Shown here in pieces: positions 11,812 to 20,317 of a stretch of DNA of 64,000 bases. The notes under the pieces are model-generated. The model saw only the letters and a list, made by a program, of their open reading frames with translations. It had not been told where the DNA came from and did not search any database. The stretch covers positions 4,217 to 68,216 of the forward strand of contig CAJWCD010000002.1 of NCBI GenBank assembly GCA_913020725.1, given 5' to 3'. This stretch comes from an uncultured Pseudomonadota bacterium. Its GTDB lineage: Bacteria; SAR324; NAC60-12. Numbering within the stretch: position 1 is the stretch's first letter; every line of letters begins with the position of its first letter. Position numbers and translations under genes: made by a program.

Positions 11812-11819
11812 AATAGACT

Positions 11820-12266
11820 ATGTTTCTGCACGAACTGCCCGCATCGGACAACGCCAAGCGCAAGCGCGTCGGGCGTGGTCCGGGAAGCGGAAAGGGCAAA
11901 ACCTGTGGACGTGGGCACAAAGGTGCCGGTGCCCGGTCAGGTTCAAAGACCAAGCGCGGTTTTGAGGGCGGGCAAACCCCGCTCAACCGGAGGCTTCCGA
12001 AGTTTGGATTCACCAGCCGCAACCGTGAGGTGTTCCAGCTGATCAATTTGGGTCGTCTTGAAAAAAGCGACAAGGTGGTCACAGGTGTGACCCTCACCAA
12101 GACGGAACTCTGCAAATTGGGATTTATCCGCAACGAGAAACGCAAGGTCAAGCTGTTGGCTAAGGGAGAATTCACCAAGACGCTGATGATCACGGTTGAT
12201 GTCGCCAGTGAGCAGGCCGTGGCTTTGGTCCGGCAGGCGGGTGGTGAAGTCGTCACCGCCAAGTAA
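11820..12266 (+). CDS. rplO: 50S ribosomal protein L15
   Basis: 148 aa with a glycine-rich N-region KRVGRGPGSGKGKTCGRGHKG. Confidence 0.92.
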   Translation: MFLHELPASDNAKRKRVGRGPGSGKGKTCGRGHKGAGARSGSKTKRGFEGGQTPLNRRLPKFGFTSRNREVFQLINLGRLEKSDKVVTGVTLTKTELCKLGFIRNEKRKVKLLAKGEFTKTLMITVDVASEQAVALVRQAGGEVVTAK

Positions 12267-12274
12267 GTCAAAAT

Positions 12275-13609
12275 ATGTGGGCAACGATCCAAAACATCTT
12301 CCGGATTGAGGAACTGAGGGAGCGGATCATCTTCACGCTCTTCATGCTCTTCGTCTTCCGCATCGGTGCGCATATTCCCACTCCCGGGATTGACGGCTCC
12401 GCGCTGACGGCCTTCTTTGAGGCGCAACAGGGCTCGATTCTACGCTTCTTCGACATGTTCACGGGGGGGGCGCTTGCTCGCCTGACCGTGTTCGCGCTAG
12501 GAGTGATGCCCTACATCAGTGCATCCATCATCATGCAACTCCTCACGGTCGTCTTTCCGTACTTGGAGCGCTTGTCAAAAGAAGGGGACGCTGGACGCCG
12601 GAAGATCACCGCCTACACGCGTTACGGTACGATCGTGCTCAGCTTGGTTCAGGGCTTCGCCATTTCTGTTGGTTTGGAGAGCATGGCAGCCCCAGACGGT
12701 TCTCCCGTGGTGATCTCCACCATGAGTCCGTGGGGTTTCCGGGCGCTGACCGTGATCACCCTGACTGCTGGAACTGCTTTTCTGATGTGGGTGGGTGAGC
12801 AGATCAACGAGCGCGGTATCGGCAACGGCATCTCGCTGTTGATCTTCGCCGGGATTGTCGTGGACATCCCAGGGGCGATCATCAACTCCATCCAACTGGT
12901 GCAGACCGACCAACTCGCGCCGCTGGTGCTTGGAATTGTCGCAGTGCTGATGGTGGTTGTGATCTTTGCAGTCATCTACATGGAAACAGCGTACCGCAAG
13001 ATTCCGGTCCAGTACGCCAAGCGAATGCAGGGCAACCGCATGTACGGGGGGCAGTCCTCGCATCTGCCGCTTAAGATCAATTCTTCCGGAGTGATCCCGC
13101 CGATTTTTGCATCGTCGATCTTGGCATTCCCTGCGACGATCACGGGTTTCATCGCGGTTCCATGGGTACAGGCGATCAGTGGACAGCTACTACCAGGGCG
13201 ATTACTGTACTCGGTGCTGTTCGTTCTCATGATTTTCTTCTTCTGTTTCTTCTATACCGCGATTCAGTTCAACCCGGTGAAGATCGCTGAAGAGATGAAG
13301 CGCCACGGTGGCTACATTCCTGGAATCCGTCCCGGCAAGAAGACCGCCGAATACGTCAACCTTGTCCTCACACGGCTGACCTTTGGCGGAGCTGTTTACC
13401 TCTCGGCGGTTTGTATCCTGCCGAGCATCCTTTTCGTGATCTTCAACGTGCCCTTCAGTTTTGGTGGCACGGCCTTGCTGATTGTGGTGGGTGTGGGCTT
13501 GGACTTGGTCAACCAGATCGAAGCCCACTTGCTCAACCAAAATTACGATGGTTTCATGAAGAAAACTAAGCGCCGAAACTACGGCGGCACCAGTGCACTG
13601 AGGCTTTAA
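12275..13609 (+). CDS. secY: Preprotein translocase subunit SecY
   Basis: 444 aa, polytopic membrane protein with conserved SecY segments (GIMPYISASIIMQLL...). Canonical position after rplO. Confidence 0.95.
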   Translation: MWATIQNIFRIEELRERIIFTLFMLFVFRIGAHIPTPGIDGSALTAFFEAQQGSILRFFDMFTGGALARLTVFALGVMPYISASIIMQLLTVVFPYLERLSKEGDAGRRKITAYTRYGTIVLSLVQGFAISVGLESMAAPDGSPVVISTMSPWGFRALTVITLTAGTAFLMWVGEQINERGIGNGISLLIFAGIVVDIPGAIINSIQLVQTDQLAPLVLGIVAVLMVVVIFAVIYMETAYRKIPVQYAKRMQGNRMYGGQSSHLPLKINSSGVIPPIFASSILAFPATITGFIAVPWVQAISGQLLPGRLLYSVLFVLMIFFFCFFYTAIQFNPVKIAEEMKRHGGYIPGIRPGKKTAEYVNLVLTRLTFGGAVYLSAVCILPSILFVIFNVPFSFGGTALLIVVGVGLDLVNQIEAHLLNQNYDGFMKKTKRRNYGGTSALRL

Positions 13610-13618
13610 GGAGACCCG

Positions 13619-13732
13619 ATGAAAGTTCGTTCATCGATCAAGAAAATGTGTGAGAAGTGCAGGATCATCCGTCGCCACGGGGTTCTGCGCGTCATCTGTG
13701 AAAACCCGAAGCACAAGCAACGGCAGGGATAG
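13619..13732 (+). CDS. rpmJ: 50S ribosomal protein L36 (37 aa, Zn-ribbon type)
   Basis: Manual translation gives [37 protein letters not shown]. It follows secY directly; no adk, map or infA in between. Confidence 0.8.
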   Translation: MKVRSSIKKMCEKCRIIRRHGVLRVICENPKHKQRQG

Positions 13733-13737
13733 GACGC

Positions 13738-14112
13738 ATGGCAAGAATCTCAGGAGTTGACCTCCCGAACAACAAGCGCATCGAAATTGCGCTGACCTAC
13801 ATCTACGGGATTGGCCGCATCAGTGCTACCAAGATCGTTGAGCAGACCAAGATCGACCCGGATTTGCGGGCCAAGAACCTCTCTGATGAGCAGATCAGCC
13901 AGATCCGCGGCGTGATCGAGAGCGACTACATGGTCGAGGGGGATTTGCGTCGCGAGACCAATCTCAACATCAAGCGACTGATGGACTTGGGCAACTATCG
14001 AGGACTGCGGCATCGGCGTGGATTGCCGGTTCGTGGACAGCGCACGAAGACCAACGCCCGTACGCGGAAAGGCCCCCGCCGTTTGGCTGTGGCCTCCAAG
14101 AAGAAAATCTGA
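13738..14112 (+). CDS. rpsM: 30S ribosomal protein S13
   Basis: 124 aa; [26 protein letters not shown] is typical of S13. Confidence 0.93.
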   Translation: MARISGVDLPNNKRIEIALTYIYGIGRISATKIVEQTKIDPDLRAKNLSDEQISQIRGVIESDYMVEGDLRRETNLNIKRLMDLGNYRGLRHRRGLPVRGQRTKTNARTRKGPRRLAVASKKKI

Positions 14113-14128
14113 GAACGAACCGGACACT

Positions 14129-14512
14129 ATGGCCGTTGCAAAGAAGAAGAAGGAAAAACGAGTTGTTGAACAGGGGCGCATTTACATCAAGGCGACCTTT
14201 AACAACACTATCATCACTGTGACCGACGTGCAGGGAAACGTTGTGGCTTGGTCTACGACCGGAGCCAGTGGGTTCAAGGGATCTCGGAAGAGCACTCCCT
14301 TTGCAGCGAAGGTGACAACCGAAGCAGCGTTGCGCAAAGCCAGTGAAATGGGCATGAAGACCGTTGAGGTCTTTGTGAAAGGTCCTGGAGTTGGCCGCGA
14401 ATCGGCGCTCAGAGCCATCGGCAGTGCCGAGAACTTGAGGATCACATCGATCAGTGACATCACCCCGATCCCCCACAATGGTTGCCGCCCTCCGAAGCAG
14501 CGCCGTACTTAA
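14129..14512 (+). CDS. rpsK: 30S ribosomal protein S11
   Basis: S11 core ...[30 protein letters not shown]... starts at ATG 14129. The tracked ORF from 14018 is an upstream extension overlapping rpsM. Confidence 0.92.
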   Translation: MAVAKKKKEKRVVEQGRIYIKATFNNTIITVTDVQGNVVAWSTTGASGFKGSRKSTPFAAKVTTEAALRKASEMGMKTVEVFVKGPGVGRESALRAIGSAENLRITSISDITPIPHNGCRPPKQRRT

Positions 14513-14536
14513 ATAACCGTAGTTAAGGGAACACGA

Positions 14537-15604
14537 ATGTCCGAGACAAGTGAAGTGATTTTGGAATCCACGGAGTCCATGAACACGGGCAGCCGCGATA
14601 TCTCCAAAAATTGGACGGAGATCGCGCAACCCAAACGGATGAGATTTGAACGGGAAACGCTGAGCGAGAGCTACGGCAAGTTTTTCTTGGAACCGCTGGA
14701 GCCAGGGTTTGGCACCACCATTGGTCACTCCTTACGGCGCATCATGCTCTCCTCTATCCGGGGGACCACGGTGTTTGCGGTGCAGATCGAGGGAGTTTCC
14801 CACGAGTTTGGCAACATTCTAGGCGTGTTCGAGGATGTCATCGAAATCCTCCTCAATATCAAGGAGTTACAAATCGAGCAGTTTTCGGACGAGATTGTGG
14901 AAATGGAACTCATCGGCGAAGGACCGTGTGTGCTGACCGGTGCAGACATTGCGACCTTTGAGAAGGCTCGTATCCTCAATCCAGAAACGAAGATCGCCAC
15001 GCTTGAAGAGAACTCGACGATCAGCATGACGATCTACGCCCGCTTCAACAAGGGCTATGTCACCTCCGAGGAAAACCAGAAGGAGGATCTTCCGGTGGGT
15101 ACCATCTATCTGGACGCCAATCACTCGCCGATCCGCCGCATCAAGTATGAGGTGGAGAACGCGATGGTCGAGCAGCGCACGGACTACGACCGGCTGGTGA
15201 TGGAGTTGTGGACCAACGGTTCTGTGCGCCCGCAGGACAGCTTGGCGTATGCCGCCAAGATCCTGAAGGAACACACGGAGGTCTTCATCAACTTTGATGA
15301 AAACAGCCCGGAGGACTTAGATGAGGTGGTTCAGGCTCCCGAGCTCAACGAAAACCTCTGGCGCAGTGTGAGCGAGCTTGAGTTGTCGGTGCGCTCCATC
15401 AACTGCCTCCAGAACGCAAAGATCGAAACCATCGGTGACTTGGTCCAGAAGACGGAACCCCAAATGCTCAAAACCAAGAACTTCGGGCGGAAATCCCTCA
15501 ACGAGATCAAAGAAATTTTGGTTGCGATGGGACTCTCGCTCAGCATGGAATTGGAGGGCTTTGACGCGGCAAACAATCCCTATGAGAAGAACAAGAAGCT
15601 CTGA
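14537..15604 (+). CDS. rpoA: DNA-directed RNA polymerase subunit alpha
   Basis: 355 aa with N-terminal assembly domain and C-terminal alpha-CTD (...[20 protein letters not shown]...). It follows rpsK directly; no rpsD in between. Confidence 0.95.
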   Translation: MSETSEVILESTESMNTGSRDISKNWTEIAQPKRMRFERETLSESYGKFFLEPLEPGFGTTIGHSLRRIMLSSIRGTTVFAVQIEGVSHEFGNILGVFEDVIEILLNIKELQIEQFSDEIVEMELIGEGPCVLTGADIATFEKARILNPETKIATLEENSTISMTIYARFNKGYVTSEENQKEDLPVGTIYLDANHSPIRRIKYEVENAMVEQRTDYDRLVMELWTNGSVRPQDSLAYAAKILKEHTEVFINFDENSPEDLDEVVQAPELNENLWRSVSELELSVRSINCLQNAKIETIGDLVQKTEPQMLKTKNFGRKSLNEIKEILVAMGLSLSMELEGFDAANNPYEKNKKL

Positions 15605-15613
15605 GTCAATTCA

Positions 15614-16258
15614 ATGCGACACCTGAAGGCAGGACGGCGACTCGGCGTCACCACCGCACACCGCAAGGCGATGATGCGGAACATGGTGACCTCAATCCTT
15701 GAAACAGGACAGGTCACGACCACTTTGGCTCGTGCCAAGGAAGTACGCCGCCCGTTGGAAAAAATGATCACTTTTGCGAAGCGTGGGGATTTGCACGCCC
15801 GCCGCATGACCTTGCGTTTCGTGAAATCGAAACTGGCGATGGCGAACCTGTTCGACGACTTAGCCGGGCGCTACGCCGATCGTCCCGGAGGCTACTGCCG
15901 GATCATCAAGCTCGCCACCACGCGAGCAGGTGATGCTTCCGATATGGCCATTGTCCAACTCATCGGCAGTGAGCGGGACGTGCTTACCGACCTCAAGGAC
16001 GCCAAGAAAAAGCCGAAGCCTGCCAAGAAGTCGAGCAAGACTCTGGAGAAGGTTAGCACCGAGATAAAGGCAGACGAGAAGCCGAAAGCTGAGGTGGCGA
16101 CAGAGGAAACTCCTACCGAGGCAGTTCCGGAAGTAGCTGAGGAAAAAGCCGAAGCGGTGGCTCCGGCAGCAGTTCCTGCCCCAGAGGTGGCCAGTGCAGA
16201 GGACATTCCGGCAGAGGATGCAAAGGCAGACACCAAAGCAACTGAGTCCAAATCGTAA
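15614..16258 (+). CDS. rplQ: 50S ribosomal protein L17 with a ~95-aa low-complexity Ala/Glu/Lys/Pro-rich C-terminal tail
   Basis: N-terminal 120 aa are typical L17 (MRHLKAGRRLGVTTAHRKAMMRNM...). The tail reads KKKPKPAKK...AEEKAEAVAPAAVPAPEV... Confidence 0.9.
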   Translation: MRHLKAGRRLGVTTAHRKAMMRNMVTSILETGQVTTTLARAKEVRRPLEKMITFAKRGDLHARRMTLRFVKSKLAMANLFDDLAGRYADRPGGYCRIIKLATTRAGDASDMAIVQLIGSERDVLTDLKDAKKKPKPAKKSSKTLEKVSTEIKADEKPKAEVATEETPTEAVPEVAEEKAEAVAPAAVPAPEVASAEDIPAEDAKADTKATESKS

Positions 16259-16383
16259 CTCAGTACCGATCACATCCGGAGTTCTGATGCACTCTGGAAT
16301 CATGACATCCTGCCGATGATTTGTGGCAGGTACTCACCCCTTTTGATGCGGGTGCCGTTCAAGACGGTACCCGTTCAGATCCC

Positions 16384-17745
16384 ATGACAACCGTCGCCTC
16401 CAAGCGTATCTATCTGGAAACCCTCGGTTGCTCCAAGAACCGGGTGGATTCCGAGGTCATGCTCGCCCAGCTCACACAGTCCGGGCATGAGCTTGTGGAA
16501 TCCGAACAGAATGCGGAGGTGATTGTGGTGAACACCTGTGGGTTTCTGACTGCTGCCAGTGAGGAATCGGTCAATCGCATTCTCGAACTAAGCAAGCAGA
16601 AATCCTCCGGAAGCTGTGAAAAACTTGTAGCGACCGGATGCCTCACCCAGCGTTACCGCGAAGAATTGTCTCAGGAAATCCCGGAACTTGACGGCTTGTT
16701 GGGTTCGCATGGTTTCGAGCGCATGCCGGAGCTGATCAGCGCGATGTACGAGCATCCGGAGCATCCGCAGATTTTCCTCTCGAAAAAACCCCACTACACG
16801 CATTACGAGCAGCAGGAGCGCATCCAGAGTACACCTCGGCACTTTGCCTATGTGAAGATCGCGGAGGGCTGCTCCAACATGTGCACCTTCTGCAACATCC
16901 CCTACCTGCGAGGCGGGTTCAGCAGCCGCACGGTCGAGACCGTCACGGAAGAAATCCGGGGCTTGGTCGCCAAGGGCGTGCGGGAGATCAACCTGATTTC
17001 GCAGGACACCTCCTCCTACGGACGGGATTTCGGTGATGGCTCGACCGACTTGACCGCCTTATTGCGCTCGATTTCTGGGTTGGACGGTGATTTCTGGGTA
17101 CGGATGTTCTACTGCTATCCGAACACGTTCACGGAAGCAACGCTGGAAATCATGGCGGCGGATGCGCGTTTCTGCCGCTATCTCGACATGCCCTTTCAGC
17201 ATGTGAGCGATGCCGTCCTCAAGCGCATGAACCGCAAGATCACGCGCCGACAAATCGAGGAGCGGATGCAGCTCATCCGCAGTTACCTTCCGGAAGTGGC
17301 GTGGCGCACGACCTTCATCGTGGGTTTTCCCACAGAAACGGAAGCGGATTTTGAGGAACTGCTAGAGTTTGTGCAGGAGGGACACTTCCAGCACGTTGGT
17401 GTGTTTACTTATTCGCACGAAGACAACATCCGCTCGGCGAAATGGGGCGATCCTGTGCCGAACGCGGTCAAACACAAGCGTCGCAAACAGCTCATGGCCG
17501 CACAGCAGGCGATCAGTCTGCAACACAACCAGAACCGCGTGGGGCAATCCATGCGGGTGTTGGTGGACGGTTATAGTGAGGAGACAGATTTACTCTTGCA
17601 GGGGCGCACCGAATTTCAGGGTCCGGACGTGGACGGGGTGGCGTACATCAACGAAGGTACGGCACGTCCGGGATCGTTTCATGAAATCGTAATCACCGAT
17701 GCCCACGCCTATGATCTGGTGGGCCGGATCGTCGAATCCAACTGA
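16384..17745 (+). CDS. rimO: Ribosomal protein S12 methylthiotransferase RimO (radical-SAM MTTase with C-terminal TRAM domain)
   Basis: N-terminal MTTase motif LETLGCSKNRVDSE, radical-SAM CxxxCxxC (CSNMCTFC), C-terminal TRAM-like region. Start set at ATG 16384; the tracked ORF starts at 16321. Confidence 0.8.
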   Translation: MTTVASKRIYLETLGCSKNRVDSEVMLAQLTQSGHELVESEQNAEVIVVNTCGFLTAASEESVNRILELSKQKSSGSCEKLVATGCLTQRYREELSQEIPELDGLLGSHGFERMPELISAMYEHPEHPQIFLSKKPHYTHYEQQERIQSTPRHFAYVKIAEGCSNMCTFCNIPYLRGGFSSRTVETVTEEIRGLVAKGVREINLISQDTSSYGRDFGDGSTDLTALLRSISGLDGDFWVRMFYCYPNTFTEATLEIMAADARFCRYLDMPFQHVSDAVLKRMNRKITRRQIEERMQLIRSYLPEVAWRTTFIVGFPTETEADFEELLEFVQEGHFQHVGVFTYSHEDNIRSAKWGDPVPNAVKHKRRKQLMAAQQAISLQHNQNRVGQSMRVLVDGYSEETDLLLQGRTEFQGPDVDGVAYINEGTARPGSFHEIVITDAHAYDLVGRIVESN

Positions 17746-17755
17746 GGAGAGCAGC

Positions 17756-18508
17756 ATGGCTGGACACAGCAAGTGGAAGAACATTCAGCACCGCAAATCC
17801 GCACAGGACGCCAAGCGCAGCAAGATTTTCACGAAGCTCATCAAGGAACTCACGGTGGCCGCGAGGATGGGCGGTGGTGACGCAGACGCAAACCCGCGAT
17901 TGCGGGTGGCCATCGCGAATGCACGTTCCAGCGGGATGCCCAAGGACAATATTGAGCGGGCCGTCAAGAAAGGCTCCGGAGGGCTTGAAGACGAGCAGTT
18001 CGAGGAAATCCTCTACGAGGGTTATGGCCCCCACAACGTGGCGGTCATCGTCGAAGCCATGACGGACAACCGCAACCGCACCATCGCCTCGGTGCGCTAC
18101 GCCTTCTCCAAGAATGGAGGCAATCTTGGCACGACCAATTCCGTGCAGTACATGTTCGACCGCATTGGGGAAATTCGCATCGGCAAGGACGTGATTGACG
18201 AGGATCGGCTCACTGAACTTGTGCTTGATGCTGGAGCTGAGGACATCGAAACTGACGATACAGAAGAGTTCCGGATTTTGACCACCACCGAAGACTGTGA
18301 AAACGTCCGGAGTTTTTTGGAGGAACAGGAGGTGGCGATGCGCTCGGCGGGCATGGTTTGGAATCCGCAGAACCGGGTGGAGGTTGACGATCCCAAACAC
18401 GCCGAACAGGTCATCCGTTTGATTGACATGCTGGAAGACGATGATGATGTGCAGAGCGTCCACTCCAATTTTGATGTCAGCGAAGCCGTGATCGCCCAAC
18501 TTGGCTGA
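17756..18508 (+). CDS. yebC: YebC/PmpR family DNA-binding transcriptional regulator
   Basis: MAGHSKWKNIQHRK...KIFTKLIKE... is the hallmark YebC N-terminus. Conserved linkage with ruvC. Confidence 0.85.
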   Translation: MAGHSKWKNIQHRKSAQDAKRSKIFTKLIKELTVAARMGGGDADANPRLRVAIANARSSGMPKDNIERAVKKGSGGLEDEQFEEILYEGYGPHNVAVIVEAMTDNRNRTIASVRYAFSKNGGNLGTTNSVQYMFDRIGEIRIGKDVIDEDRLTELVLDAGAEDIETDDTEEFRILTTTEDCENVRSFLEEQEVAMRSAGMVWNPQNRVEVDDPKHAEQVIRLIDMLEDDDDVQSVHSNFDVSEAVIAQLG

Positions 18509-18998
18509 ACCGCTCCGCATCCTTGGGGTTGATCCGGGTAGCGGCAAGACCGGCTATGGAGTGATCGATCATGCTCAGGGCCACAGCCGTCACATTGCCA
18601 GTGGTTTCCTCAAGCTGGATCGCAAACGCCCGCTATCGGAGCGGCTGCTGGCAATTGCGGAAATGCTGCAAGCCTTGATCAAGGAACACCAACCCGATTG
18701 CGGGGTGGTCGAGGAGGTGTTCTTCGCGCACAGTCCGCGCACCGCGATTGTACTGGGACACGTCCGAGGGGTGGCACTGTTGCAATTCGCCGCATTCGGG
18801 ATTCCGATTCACGAATACTCTCCCACCGAGATCAAGCAGGCGATTGTGGGGGTGGGGCGTGCCGAGAAATCTCAGGTGCAGCACATGGTGCGGATCCTTC
18901 TCAACCACCAAGGCACCTTGCAGGAAGATGAAGCCGATGCACTGGCGGTTGCAATCACGCATGCACACAGGATTCTGAACTACCGCATCCGGGACTGA
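18501..18998 (+). CDS. ruvC: Crossover junction endodeoxyribonuclease RuvC
   Basis: LRILGVDPGSGKTGYGVI... is the RuvC catalytic N-terminus. Overlaps the yebC stop; alternative (TTG) start. Confidence 0.88.
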   Translation: MAEPLRILGVDPGSGKTGYGVIDHAQGHSRHIASGFLKLDRKRPLSERLLAIAEMLQALIKEHQPDCGVVEEVFFAHSPRTAIVLGHVRGVALLQFAAFGIPIHEYSPTEIKQAIVGVGRAEKSQVQHMVRILLNHQGTLQEDEADALAVAITHAHRILNYRIRD

Positions 18999-19019
18999 GT
19001 TGAACAGAGCAAGTCCACA

Positions 19020-19637
19020 ATGATCGCATATCTGGAAGGGCAGATACTTTCTACAGATTCCGGGATATTGGTGGTGAAAACCCTGTCCGGAGTCGGCTAC
19101 GCCGCAAACATCCCGCAGCCGTTGCTGGTGCGATTGAAAGTTGGGGATGAGGTGGTGCTGCACGTCCACACACAGGTCCGGGAGGATGAGATTTCACTCT
19201 ACGGATTTGCGACCACTGCCGAGCGGCATTTGTTTGAACTCCTCATCCGAACCTCCGGAGTGGGACCGAAGATGGCGCTGGGGGTGCTGTCCGTCATGCT
19301 GCCGCAGGAGTTGATCGATTCGGTGCAACAGGGGGACGCAAACCGCTTCGCGCAGGTTCCGGGCATTGGCAAGAAAACTGCCACCAAGCTCTGCCTCGAC
19401 ATGCGGGACCAACTCAAGAAACACCCGGTTCCGGGATTGGAAGCAGTCATGGACGGTGTGGCGGATTTCGAGTTGCCCGGAAGAGGACCGGAGTGGGATG
19501 ACGTGTATTCAGTCCTTCGAAACCAAGGTTTTACGGAACGCGAAATCCTGCCGGTGTTGCGGCAGGTGGGCAATGGTGAGCAGTCTTTTGAGGTGCGGTT
19601 GAAAAAAGCACTTTCCTTATTGAACCCATTGCGTTAG
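19020..19637 (+). CDS. ruvA: Holliday junction DNA helicase RuvA
   Basis: MIAYLEGQI... OB-fold N-terminus and HhH region (GVGPKMALGVLS). No ruvB follows. Confidence 0.9.
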   Translation: MIAYLEGQILSTDSGILVVKTLSGVGYAANIPQPLLVRLKVGDEVVLHVHTQVREDEISLYGFATTAERHLFELLIRTSGVGPKMALGVLSVMLPQELIDSVQQGDANRFAQVPGIGKKTATKLCLDMRDQLKKHPVPGLEAVMDGVADFELPGRGPEWDDVYSVLRNQGFTEREILPVLRQVGNGEQSFEVRLKKALSLLNPLR

Positions 19638-19674
19638 AACAAAGCTCGTTTTATTCGAAATTGCAAAAGGGAGT

Positions 19675-20178
19675 ATGGGAAGTTTGAACAAGGTGATGCT
19701 GATTGGCAATCTTGGCAAGGATCCGGAAATTCGCTACACGCAAGCGGGGAGCGCCGTGGCGAATTTTTCGCTGGCTACCACGGATCGCTGGACCGACAAA
19801 CAGGGCAATCGGCAGGAAAAGACCGAGTGGCATGATATCGTTGTCTTTGACCGCTTGGCAGATCTGGCTCAAAACTATTTGAATAAAGGAAAGCCGATTT
19901 ATGTCGAAGGACGGCTCCAAACCCGTAGTTGGGAGGACCAGCAAGGGCAGAAACGCTATCGCACCGAAGTGGTTGCAAACGTGATTCAATTTCTGGATTC
20001 AAAAACATCGGATGGCGATTCGGGCGGTTCCAGAGGAGGCGAAGCTCGTTCTGCCAATCAGCAAAATCCCGGAACGCAAGGGGCTGCAGGTGAAAGCGGC
20101 AGAGACGACCAAGGCGGCAACTCGGTGCAGGAGTCGCGTCCGGATGACGATTTTATCAAGGACGACATCCCTTTTTAG
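19675..20178 (+). CDS. ssb: Single-stranded DNA-binding protein
   Basis: OB-fold N-terminus (NKVMLIGNLGKDPEIRYT), Gly/Gln-rich linker and acidic C-terminal tip DDDIPF. Confidence 0.92.
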   Translation: MGSLNKVMLIGNLGKDPEIRYTQAGSAVANFSLATTDRWTDKQGNRQEKTEWHDIVVFDRLADLAQNYLNKGKPIYVEGRLQTRSWEDQQGQKRYRTEVVANVIQFLDSKTSDGDSGGSRGGEARSANQQNPGTQGAAGESGRDDQGGNSVQESRPDDDFIKDDIPF

Positions 20179-20185
20179 GGGATGA

Positions 20186-20228
20186 GGTTGTAGGGGGGAT
20201 AGCCTACAACCAACAACGTTAGTTTTTG
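20186..20228 (+). terminator. Putative rho-independent terminator downstream of ssb
   Basis: Hairpin GGTTGTAGG-(loop)-CCTACAACC (9-bp stem) followed a few nt later by a TTTTT run. Confidence 0.45.
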
Positions 20229-20317
20229 ATAAGCGAAGAAGGATGCCGGATGGGCTTCCTCCTTTCCTAAACTCACGTTAAACACTAATCAATGATCGGT
20301 CCAAAGACAGGGAAGTC

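Noticed and set aside
16259-16383. Intrinsic terminator after rplQ (CCTGCC-N10-GGCAGG hairpin)
   Set aside because: The T-run (CTTTT) is 9 nt downstream of the stem, not adjacent, so termination efficiency is doubtful. It could equally be part of the rimO leader.
17693-18547. 284-aa minus-strand ORF antisense to yebC
   Set aside because: The + strand YebC N-terminus (MAGHSKWKNIQHRK) is diagnostic. The antisense ORF has no features.
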